A stretch of 64,000 nt of DNA from Mytilus trossulus (taxonomy: Eukaryota), in NCBI RefSeq assembly GCF_036588685.1, contig NC_086373.1:110918001-110982000 (forward strand). The letters run 5' to 3'. The translations under genes and the position numbers were made by a program. A model generated the notes under the pieces. The model was given only the letters and a program-made list of their open reading frames with translations, had not been told where the DNA came from and made no database searches. Positions 39,701-52,535 of the stretch are shown here, piece after piece; position 1 is the stretch's first letter; each line of letters opens with the position of its first letter.

Positions 39701-42700
39701 TCATTTGTTTTTGTTCTATTACTAATATTACTTTAACTGTTGAATGGTTTTATGTGATATCCGTTTGACGTGGCTCGGTACTTATACATCTCGTCAATGT
39801 GTGAGTATTGGCTTTCATTTGTTGGTGGTTTGTTTTGTATATACGACTCTTTGTATTTCTTTTGTTCTTATTACATGACTCTGTACTTTAAAAGATCCCG
39901 TCAGTATTATTTTGGTCTATTATATGTTATTATGATATATTTCTATTATGAATTACTATATACGTTGAACCACAAACGTCAAAATAATTCAATCGCGTAG
40001 GGGAATTAACTATTTTTGGATTCTCATAAATTCTACCTATAACTTTTGGACTAGTTTAAATCTCGGTCTATTTCTGTAATTTGTTCTTACATACTTTTGA
40101 TTTTTTAACTCTGTATGCTTACATTGCCTATGTAAATTTTAAAACTGTTTGTATGCACATTGAACGACAAATTTATGTGACGTATTCAAATTTTATGACG
40201 TCAGACACTCAAGTCAATCCATGTGTTCGTAGATAGATGTTTTTGTGTTCTGTTAAATATCACTTTTAAAATTGTTATGCGATGATGACTGATGTACCCA
40301 TATTTTGACTATTTTATTAATTGTGACTGTTTATTGAACGCATCATATAAATATAACGGAATTTGATGAGACTGTTATTAAAGTGAGAGGGTAAGCGCTA
40401 TAGAACCAGGTTTAATCCACCATTTTCTACATTTGAAAATGCCTGTACCAAGTCAGGAATATGACAGTTCTTGTCTCTACGTTTTTGATGCGTTTTGTTA
40501 TTTGATTTTGCCATATGATTATAGACTTTCCGTATTGATTTTCCTCTGAGTTCAGTATTTTTGTGATTTTACTTTTTGGATCAATGACTCTGTTTTTAAA
40601 ATATTACAACTAAGGTAGAATTCGAAGATGCTCGTCAAAGATTTGCATTTACAGATAATACTCATATCTTTGTAAAACAATGTTAGCATCTTATTATATT
40701 CGACAAATACTTGAATATTTGTACTCATGCTGTAGTTTACACCACAGTCCTATGTTAGGGGAGAAGTGATCGTTCCTGCACATGAAAAAATCTGTCACAT
40801 TATCCATGTGCGTTAAATAGAAATGTGATTGCTTGTGTTTGCTGTCTGTTATAAAAAAAACTTTTTTAATTAACAAATTACGTCCTGCGAGGGTCTTTTA
40901 TAGCTTACTTTATTGTATTGTAAATTTTAGTTGGCAAATACAATATATTTCTATAGTAGTTTTCACATCATACTGTGTCATCTTTATTTTTATCAATTGT
41001 TAATCTTAAAACTGTGTAAATGTAAAAGGTAAGACGAAAAGTTTAGAGATTTATTATTAAAGATATTACAGTTTTTAGCTCAAGGAAATGAAAATTCATA
41101 ATGAGAATGAAGGTAATAAAATGATAGATACTGAATGTAACAAACTATTTTCTTGGGCTTGTAAAGTCTCAAATATAAACGTATTTATCTCCTTGCTTTG
41201 TTCTGTTTGCAGACTTACTTACTGTTACCGTTCCTCAGTCATCCTACAGTGTTTTGATTGGTCAACAGGTAACCATACCTTGTACTGTTACCGGGACTCC
41301 TATTCAGACTAACCTGTTCTGGAGAAAGGTGGTAAATGGTGTTCCAACTAACGTAGATATAAATGGTAACAGTAGATATTCTGGAGGTACCACCTCAAGT
41401 CCATCGTTGACAATAACCAACACTCAGCGATTAGATGAGGGAACTTACGTGTGCTATGCTTCAAACACTATTGGGACATCAAACAGTCAAAATACATTTC
41501 TAGACGTTACTGGAGGTATGTATAATTCTTCGTAATGAAAAAAAAGATATTGTATGATTCACGATGAGAGAACTGTTCAAAAGAGTTCACCTGGGTGGAA
41601 ATAAGCAATTATTCAAAACGAGTAAGCCTTTGTTATGTTAATAGTATATTTTACAGCGCTTCGGACGCAATTAATTATAAAACGTGTTGTTTTCCATTTT
41701 TTAAATCACTGGGTCGATACCTCTGCTGGTGGACTGTCAGTCCCCGAGGGTATCATCAGCTCAGTAGTCAGTGCTTCGGTACTGACATGATTTAACATAC
41801 TGTACTAAAAATTGTCTGTTTATAAATTTTGAAATTATTATGAAACTAAGGTTTCAACTCCCTCAGGCAAAGTTGGCTTTAGACTAATTTGGCTATTTAT
41901 TTTTGGTATTTTTGACATATAGCTCTTCAACGATTTTCGGTAATTATACATCTTCGGATTTCAAATGTTTGGCTTTGAGCGTTCCTGATGAAGGTAAATG
42001 CAGAAAAGCGCTTCGGACGCAATTTATTATAAAACGTGTTGTTTTCCATTTTTTACAATTGTTTTTTTTTTTTTTTTTTTCTATTCGAACTCTTTGGAAC
42101 GCCATAACTGTCTTCTGATGTTGATTGTTTAATATGTTCGGTGCTTTATGCGTCATGTTCAGTAGTTTTCATATTATGTTCAGTTGTTTTGACATTCTGT
42201 TCAGTAGTTTTGACACTACGCTCGGTGCCTTGATTATTATGTTCAGAAGTTTCATTATTATATGCAGTGGTGTAAATTATGTTCGGAACTTCTGACGTTA
42301 TAATCAGTGCATTTTTCTTTATATATTCAGTACTTTCGCCATTATGTTCAGTAGATTCAATATTATTTGCAGTACATAATGTATTGGTCCCGGTTAATTT
42401 ATATTTGGTGGATTATTCATTATATTCAGTAAAATCATCAGTATTATACTCGGTCCAATGAACTATACGTTCAGCGATTGTATTATTATGATGATGCAGT
42501 AAAAGTCGGGAAATCAATAAAATGAACGGGGATATTTTTGACGAACGTTTTCTTTAAAGACATAATTTTTACGGGATGGAATGAACGTGGCAGAAATGAA
42601 AGCTGAATTTAATATTGGTTTGGTTAACGCTCCCACGCTTGCAATATTCACAAGAAAAAAATAACTCCTGACTTTATTTTAAAAATGTAATCATTGATGG

Positions 42701-45700
42701 ATTGTTGTTTTCTGAACCTACAGTGGCAAATATTTCACGCATATCTATGACGAAGAGAAGAATTTCAAACAAGAACTTTAGCAGTTGTGTGCGTTGTCGT
42801 TGGTATATCATTACTATAGAGCAACGAAAAAAAGACAAACAACAAAATATCAAATATCAAAACATTTTCTATAGTTTTTATATTCTTAGTAGGCAACCCT
42901 TTTTGTTGGTTGGTTGTACATATGACAACAACACCTTGTACAAATATTCTTTCATAAACAAGAACAGTTAAGTATATTAAACAAAACTGTCCGTCACAAT
43001 GACAACTCAGGGTTTGGAGTGGGGATAACGGAAAAGGGGGGTCTCTATTTCTTTCTTCTGTAATTCTTTTTGCCATTCTCATCTAAACAGTAAGAAATAT
43101 GCGTAGGTCAGGAATCTGATGTACAGAAGTTGAAGTTTGTTTTTGTAATTTATACGTGTTTCTCGTTTCTCGTTTTTTATATAGATTAGACCGTTGGTTT
43201 TCCCGTTTGAATGATTTTACACTAGTAATGCTGGGCCCTTTATAGCTTGTTGTTCGGTGTGAGCCAAAGCTCCATGTTGAAGGCCGTACATTAAATATAA
43301 TGGTTTACTTTTATAAATTGTTATTTGGATGGAGAGTCGTCTCATTGGCACTCACACCATATCTTCCTATTTTTATTCTTTAAATTATATTTCCCTTTTG
43401 AATTTTTCACTGCACTACAAAAATGAAATAATTGATCAAATTTGATTAGTATCTGGTTGAAGTCTAACACGGGAATATATAAATATTTCAATTTATTAAT
43501 AATTTTTGATAATAATTTGGATGTATGGGATACCAAGCAGCATCTCAGGTGAAATTATGTATATTTGATAATATTTAGTTTGTGGAAGGAGTTAATAGTA
43601 CAGAACAGATGATCATGAAGTTTTATAATACATACAGCACCATTCGTTATCCGACTTTAAGAGTTATCTGGAATCTGATAGAATAACATTTGATCACCAG
43701 AATTAGATTTTATCATTGATAACCAAATTGTATAAAAACAAATGCCTATCAATCTGTTGTTTTGGAGAATTTTAAAATATATCTAACATTTATAAGAAGC
43801 GAACAAACTTGTTTTATCAACGAAAAAAAATCGAGAACAATTTCATCCGTCTTTGAGCATTTGTCTCCCAGACCTTAGCAATAAATTGTTGTTTTAAATT
43901 GTAATGGATTGTGGATTCTAAAAATATATTTGAAACCGCGGACGGGTGAATCATGCTGGCGAAAGAGACGTTTTGATTTTGCAATTCCCTTTACGAAATT
44001 TTGAAATAATAAAGACACTAAGGTTTTAACTCCCTCAGGCAAAGTTGACTTCGACTTATTTTGTTCTTTTTGTTGTCCTTTTTGGACAGATATATATAGC
44101 TTTTCAACTTTTTCTGTTCTCATACATCTTTGTTTCCAAATATCTGAGCGTAAGTGATATAAATCGATAATAGCTCTTTTAGGCGAGTGACTTTAACCAT
44201 AAAATTAAATTTTTAATGCACCTACCTACCACACGGCTAAATTATATATCATTTTAAAGCTACACATATGTACTATCTGTTTTGCCCGGTCGTAAAAAAA
44301 TCGTACGGTGCAATTTCCGTCAAATCGAGATCAAAGACCAATGACGAATAAGTGCATATTTTTGAAGATTTCAGCCTGATTGCATTATATGACTTTTATA
44401 TACTTAATTCACAAATGCAAACAATTTAAACTTTTAGCAGAGCGATTAACAGTCATTATTCAAATGCCTTTTTTAAATATTTAAAGCGTGTTTTTGACAG
44501 AGCTCACATGTTTCCTGAAATTCGAGTAAAAGTTGACAAAATGTGTGAAAACCCAAATTTTTCTTTCTGGTGCAACTGCTTATCACTTTAAACTAAGTAA
44601 TACCCTGTAATGACTATTAAAGAAGTTTTTGACATCATAAAATTTCCTAAAAGTATGCTTACTTCTAATCAAACAGCAAATCATAACAACTCATACAGTT
44701 GCCAAAATTCCGCCATCTGCGAAAACACTGCTTTTAAGAATTTCTTCCTATTTAAACATTGTATGTGGTCAATATACGATTTTTAAATAAACAAATTTTT
44801 AAGAATCTGAAAAATTTAGAGTAAAAAAATATGTGCGCGAATCATCTTATTGCTTGAAATAAAGGGGGTTAAACTAAGATAATTGCAATCTGCATTGTAA
44901 CTACCAGTCTGAAATAAACATATTTTGACTTTTCTAATTGTTTGATTTGTAGCTTCATTATAAATATTGTTGTAGTGAAAAGACCATTTTATTTATTTTA
45001 TGTGAATTGAAAATTTCGACCAAAATAAATAAAAATAAATTGATGAAAATTGAAATTTCAAAGAATTTCAAAAAACTAGTAAACACATTATAAAACTTGA
45101 TTTCTTGATTGCTTAAATTGCGTTGTTCATTGTTTACATGTATTAATTCATAAAATAAGAATAATTTTGAAGAAAAAATATCCATTTATACGCAAAGATT
45201 CTAGTTACAACTAGACTTCCTGAATAGCTTGAATGACTAGTTCATTTTTCATACGAGGATGACTTCATGCAAGAGTTTCTGATGACGTCTGAAAAGAAGC
45301 TTTCATTATCTTGAAACTTCACTTTCCACTATATATAGATGTTGTCATCTCACTAAAGAGCGCAACATTTGTGACAATGTTGGACTTGTATTTTCCAGTG
45401 AAATTGGAAATAAAAGACTCAACAGATATGATTTACTCCATCACGTATCTTGAAATCGATGATGAGGGTTGGTTGAGAAAAAGTTTTACGACAAGAGAAA
45501 TGTGCATAAAACAACCCATAGAACCACCCCTTACTACAAAATTATAAACCTCTCATTTCCATCTAACAACATTATAGCAACGCTTGCATATCTATACTAC
45601 TAAAGGCGGAGACCGATTTTATTGAGCCGCATCTCCTCTGAAATAAAGGCAACTATAGTATACCGCTATTCAATAGTGATCAATCGATTTACTAGTAACT

Positions 45701-48700
45701 GAAATAAATCCGGGTCACAAAACTAGGGAAACGCATCAACTATAAAGGGAACACAACGATATAACAGAAACACTAAACTGCTACAAAAAAAACACACACC
45801 ATCATACAAAGAAACAGAGTATTCTATACCAACTGTCATATGCCTGACTTGGTACAGGACATTTGATAAAAATTGTGGTTTAAACATGGTTCTAAACCAG
45901 AGTTCAAATGCAAAGTTGAAATCAGCCCTTTGAAAATTTCATGGACGCCACTACGAGTTGGTTGACAATTATGAGATATCTGTTTCGCCAGATGACGACT
46001 GTTAAGTTCCATCGACGTAACCAAATTGCCGTCATCTCTGCCGTGAATGACACCAACTGAATAAGGCTTGGCACCGAGTTATGAAATACATGAGCCACAA
46101 GACGGGTAAAAGAGAGCAGTGGTGTAGTGGTTAGTGCATCGAACTACTAACACAAAGGTTCCTTGTTCGATTCCCGTTCCGTGATGAAAATTTCAGGGAC
46201 TGAATTTTCGGCTCTACTAGACACCATTTGTGAGTATGGTCTTACGGAAACAATGAAAGTCCATCGGAAGGGGACAATAAATGACTGACCCGTGTAAAGA
46301 GAGAGCCATATCTCTTGCACGTTAAACACACGTTTGTTGATTTCGAAAAAGAGCAGACTAATGCCGCTACAAGGTAGCACTTGCTCACGCAAAATGGAAA
46401 GAGATTAATTTAAGTTGCAAAACTTGTTTCCCAATCCACTATAAATAAATATGTTTAAACTAAGACGGTTGTCACATGTGGAACATAATCTACCTACCCT
46501 TTGGGAGCACTGAGTTCACTCAAAATTTTTTGGGGAGATTGTGTTACTAAATCTGTAGCTTTATATCTTGTGTTTTGTATACTGTTGCTTGTCTTGTTCG
46601 TTTGTTGCCCGGCTTTGTCAGTTCGTTTTTAATTATTTCAATGTTGCCTACGTGTTAGTAGCAAAGTCATGATTGCATTTAAACATAATTACAAAAAGTA
46701 AAAAAGTTTGACTCAGTAAAAAACAGTTTAACCTCAATTACCTCGCATATATTAAGTTCTAACTTTAAATTTCCTTTCTTTTATTATGAAATCTCATTCT
46801 CCTCCCTGATATTCTCAATTAGCGATGTGCTATTTTAACATAAATTAACAAAATGACCGCTATTTGAAGATGGTAGATTTTTGGGCAACTGCAAACACTT
46901 CAATAGAAGGCTGTTCTATGAACAAAAATAAATAATAACATCTTAAAATTACAAAACAAATATTCCTTGACCTAAAATATATACATTTGTCTATTTTTTA
47001 GCGTACAAATATCGATTCCCCAAGCTATATTTTACTTTTTGAAAAAAAAATCATTTTTTAAGGGTTTTGTGATAAATTTCAATTTTCGGGAAATTTTGCG
47101 CATCGAATTTCTTATTTTTTGTTTGATTTGGAAATTATGTATCATGTTCCATAAAGTTCATATGATCTTTTGAAAAATTTTAGGGTACAAGAATAAAAAA
47201 ATAGCGTTTAATTTAATAATCGTAAAAATTGGAAATTTTTTTCTTGACCTTTGACCTTGATTTAACAGAAAATGCACCGTACGATTTTTTTACGACCGGG
47301 CAAAACAGAAAGTACAGATGATCAGCTTTCGAATGATATATAGTACAGCCGTGTGTTAGTTGGGTGCATTAAAGTCGTTAACTAAGCGTCTTTTTGAAAT
47401 AAGTCACTCGCCTATTTGATTGTAAAATTTATGACTAGATGATTTGTTTTTTTTTCTGCTATTGCAGACCGGTTTGGTCTGAACTCTATCATAAACTGTT
47501 TTATCATTGTTGTAATAATTTCTGTCAGAATGCAAAAGAAGAAAGTAAAGGTTTGTCAACTCGTGCATGACCGTGATTTTGGAGGAAAATACCGATGCTT
47601 ACGAATGAACATAGTTGCATGGGTAAGATCAATGAACCAGTTCTGAGTAGGACCAGCACAATTTTTTTCATTCCTCCCCCCCCCCCCCCATTTTTAGCAA
47701 CCCTTTATTCTGTATTCTTAATTTTTTCGAACATTACTTATACTCTCTCTTTTGTAGGGGGGTGGCATTGTTCTCTATTCTGTAAACCTTATCCACAACC
47801 TTATATTTTGGTATATCAAATATAAATCTGACACTCAAACGCCTTTTATCGGAATAGGATGCGTGATACTGTTACACTTTCTACAAGGAGGTTTTTGGTG
47901 GTCTATTAATAAGTCAGTGCATGAGATTACTATGCTACAGTCAACCAACGAAAATAGTTGCCTACGAAGAATATAAAAACTATAGAACCTGTTTAAATAT
48001 TTTGTATTTTGTTGTTTGTCTTTTTGTCGTCTCTCTATAGTAATGGTGTATGAACGACAACGCGCGAACTGATTAGTTCTTGTTTGCCATTCTTCTCTTC
48101 GTCATAGATATGCGTGAAATATTTGCCACTGTACGTTCAGAAAACAACAATAAATCAGTCATGACTTTTTACAAATTAAGTCAGGAGTTATTTTGTCCTT
48201 GTGAACATTGAAAACGTAGGAGCGTAAACCAAACCGATTATATACTACTTCCATTTCTTCTATTTTTATTTCATCACGTATAAAAGATGTCCATAAAGAA
48301 AACGTCATCCAAATATGTCCGAGTTCGTTTTATCCAACAAATTCTGTTATTAATTTTCCAACTTCTACTACATCAGCATAATGAGACAACCGCTGAACAT
48401 ATAGTTCATTGAACTGAGTATAATACTGATGATTTTACTGAACATTACGAATAATCTACCGAATATAAGGAAACCGGGACCACTGAAGGTAATACATAAT
48501 GTATTGCAAATAATATCAAAAGTACTGAACATAATGAAAAATGCACTGAATATAACGTCAGAAAGACCGAACATGATTTAAACACCACTGCATATAATAA
48601 TGAAACTACTGAACAAAATAACCAAAGCACCGAACATAATGTCAAAACTACTGAACATAATATGAAAACTACTGAACATAATATGAAAACTACTGAACAT

Positions 48701-51700
48701 AATATGAAAACTACTGAACCTAATATGAAAACTACTGAACATAATATGAAAATTACTGAACATAATATGAAAACTACTGAACATAATATGAAAACTACTG
48801 AACATAATATAAATATTGCTGAACGTAATGTAGATACTACTGAATATAATGTAAAAAGCAACGAATATATTAAACAATTAACATCAGAAGACAGTTATCA
48901 TGTTCCATATAATATATGTTGTCTTTATCTTTAATGCTAGTACTGTACTGTAATTCATTGGTAATATTGCCTATGATTGTATTCCTTAATTTGATTGAAT
49001 GGATTGCATTTCGATGTTTCAATTTTAATTTTTGTGTAGACACATTATTATAAACATTTTCTTTTGTAGGGGTCCCAATAGTACAAGTTAGCTTTCTTAG
49101 GTACCAAATTAACTTTGGTAGTTCGATAGCTCTTGGATGTTCAGTTGTTTCAAACCCTGCCCACTTACAAGTTTACTGGCGGAAGACTTTAGGTGGAACA
49201 ACATCAAATATCGACGTCACCAATAGTGGCGGGAAATATTCTGGTTCCACACTTCTCATTTCATCTCTGACTATCAACAATGCTGCATTAAGTGATGAAG
49301 CAAACTACACATGTTATGCCACAAACATTGTGGGAACTGGACAGAGTGCAACTACCTCATTAGATGTTGTCGGTAGTAAGTATTAAATATTGCTCTTTTT
49401 CTAATCCGCCTACAACATGAATAACGATTTTAAAATTTTAATTTGTTTTTTCTTCTTATAATTCAGTTTCAGTATGTAGTTTTCAAAAACATCTGATAGA
49501 TTTTTAACAACATCAAATATATTTTTTATAGTCAACTTTAATTTGATATATGTTCACTGACTTATTTACCATGTTAATTTACAAATATTCATTTTCAGTA
49601 TCCATGAATACACAATATGATAAAATATCAAAGCCCGACATGTTATAATACAAAGTAATAGTAAAATCACAAAAAAACTGAACTTCGAGGAAATTTCAAA
49701 ATGGAAAGTTCGTAATCAAATGGCAAAATTAAAACCTCAAACACATCAAACGAATGGATAGCATATGTCCTATATTTGCAATTGGTGAAAAATTGAAAAA
49801 AATGGGAATCATTTAAAAATTAATTTTATGATACAAGAAAGATAACTCATAACTTAGCTGTAAACTAAATGTGTAACAGAACTGGATAGACATCACAATA
49901 GGACAGTGGTTCGTGTGCATTTTATAGATATTATATATATCTACGTGATAATTAACTATGTGTTACTTCGTTACGATGTTATGAGACATGCACTAACATA
50001 ATAACTATTTTGCATCAATAAAACATATATCAATATCTATTTATTCATACGAACGTCTGAAATATTTGTTTATGGGCTCCGGGTTAAAGTATCTAACATA
50101 GTTATATACGTGTTTTATTTATTTCGGACGGGTAAATGATATTGTATTGAGATTGTCCTCAAATTTTACAGACAACCCTCAAATATGAATATGATGGCGG
50201 GAATGGTCTTGCGGAGGGGGATAATAATAAAATATAAGCGCTAAAACTGACAGGTTAAACTTATAAAACATGTATTTTTCTTCGTCGATAGAAAAAAAAG
50301 CATATATTTATCATAAAAGATGAAGAAATACAAATTAAAAACTTATAAAAAACACCTGTCATAATCCTGATTAGAAACATGCATTTTCTTATGTAGAACA
50401 TGGTGCATTAAACCGGGTTTAAAAACTAGTTAAATATCTCACTTGTATGACAGTAGCATCCACATTTAATTCTTTCGACAACGATGTATACATTTTGACT
50501 ATATTTGTTTTGTCCCTTTTTGGGAAACCGAACTTGATTTGGCCTTTTACAATTTACACTCCCTAAATTATATAGAGGGTTAATTCATACCTTATCCTAT
50601 TTAAAAACAAATCGTTCCTAATCCAAACTTGAACAGAATCCTCTCATTCTCAAGAACCCGATGCTAAAGTGCATACAGGAGTTTAAGGTCCGATTATAAG
50701 GATGACGGCTTCATTGTGTTTGAATTTTGTGTTTAGCTGACCCAATATATACCAAATATATCATTAGCACACTATGATACTAATAATATGACACAATTAT
50801 TTAATTCTGGATGTAACACATCTTCTGTTGACTAAAGGTGTTCTGTCTAGCGGCTCATGGACATACTTTTGATATGTGGTTGTGACGTCAGCAACATTAT
50901 TAAATACGTTACTACAAAACATATAATTTAGAACTGAATTACAAGGAATGACTTATTTCTTCATGTCTATTCAAAATAACATGAGATATATTGTGTACAC
51001 TTTTAAATAACCAGTTACGCGAGTTATTTAATTTGCACCTTCTTTGTAATGTTATTTCTTCATAAACAGAAAAATGGTATAGTCATTCTTTAATTATTAT
51101 TTTTAGAAGCATATCTAAGTAGTCTTTGTTATAAATACATAAAAACTAAATCATATTTGAAATTTTAGAATTATACAAGCGTTTTCCGTTTTTAAATTGC
51201 ATACATGTCAAGATTGGTGCAATTAATCAGGCATAAAATGCTATGATTCATTTGACGTCATCATTATCATGCTGATGAAGTATATCTGTATTCGGAATAT
51301 TTATAGAAATTAACATTTAATGTTTCTTTTTGAAATTGGTATTGTTCTTTTGTACAGTTGTTTGGGCCTTAATGTATAGATAGATATAAATACATAACTT
51401 GCACATTTTGCAATACAAATAATGTATTACTCTGATTTAAATTAAAGGCATATGTCCAAATGTCTTTTTGTTCACCAAATAATAGTTCTATGAAAAACAT
51501 ATTGTTACACGTATTTCATGACAATTTAGGTTGTTTTACCCATATAACATACATTTTCTTGACAATCATCTTTCTTATTATTTGTACACGTAGATACATA
51601 AATGAACTAGCGACATGCACTTATATAGAGTTTTCAATTTCAGATATACCAACTGTTAATATACAACAAACGATATATAATGTCAACTATGGTAGTTCGG

Positions 51701-52499
51701 TTGTTCTGGTTTGTCTCGTCACATCAAATCCAATTCACACACGTGTTAACTGGCGAAAGATAAAAAACGGCGTTACTTCAGATATAAATTTCGTTAACAG
51801 TAACAACAAGTACAGTGGTTCCACAGTCAGTAACCCGTCTCTACAGATAAATAACGTTGACCTTAACGATGAAGGGCATTATGTTTGCTTTGCTTCTAAC
51901 GGTATTGGTACAGGACAAAGTACACAAATATTTCTTGATGTCAATGGAGGTACGTTACATATGTATTATTGAAATAGTATATTTAGTGTCTTAGATACAA
52001 GTTCTAACTCTCAAAGTATTAAAAGTATGTTGAAATTGAAAAGTACCTAACCAGAACTTATTTTACCGACAATCTTTATACTTTGTTTTAATTTAGTTTG
52101 TATTGTATGTGTTATATGTTCGACATTTTTTTTAAACCTTTTTCGGATGTTTTGCTTTTACACTATTGTCCCAGGTGAGGTAAGAGGTGACAGCTAGTTT
52201 TCCTTAACAATATGTGCATACCAGATATCTATAAAAGAGTGATAAATTTAATAAAAGAAGTTTTTAATTATTAAATTAAGTCCTCTGTTCCCCGTTTAAA
52301 TAATTTCATAAGTGATCATATCGGGTCTTTTATAGCTTACTATATGGCACGATTTAACTTTATTGTCAAGGATTGCATGTCTTTTTAGTGTCACGATATC
52401 ACAGTAGCATGGGTTCGAATCCCGGCGAGGGAAGAACCAAAAATTTGCGAAAGCAAATTTACAGATCTAACATTGTTGGGTTGATGTTTAGACGGGTTG

Positions 52500-52535
<36 letters not shown>

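Larger units (their letters stand above)
44182..47412. mobile_element. TIR DNA element (~165-bp TIRs, TA flanks) with nested insertions
   Basis: ta|ggcgagtgactt ... aagtcactcgcc|ta; tctgttttgcccggtcgtaaaaaaatcgtacggtgca is present in both orientations. Confidence 0.85.
42095..48907. repeat. Long inverted repeat pair (42095-~42920 and ~47935-48907) containing a 21-bp minisatellite
   Basis: ataactgtcttctgatgtt(g/a)attgtttaata at 42104 and its reverse at 48898; gaaatatttgccactgta / ctcttcgtcatagatatgcgtg match in inverted orientation; unit atgaaaactactgaacataat is expanded at 48600-48850. Confidence 0.88.

Noticed and set aside
46113-46185. Functional tRNA genes (also 3947-4040 and 52670-52760)
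   Set aside because: A/B boxes are present but there is no clean cloverleaf or acceptor stem, and each continues into a SINE body
48368-48934. Repetitive ORFs (MKTTEHN)n, (FILCSVV)n, (FSSFHIM)n
   Set aside because: Translations of a 21-bp minisatellite, open in several frames on both strands and lying in an intronic inverted repeat; not a gene and not a CRISPR array (no unique spacers)
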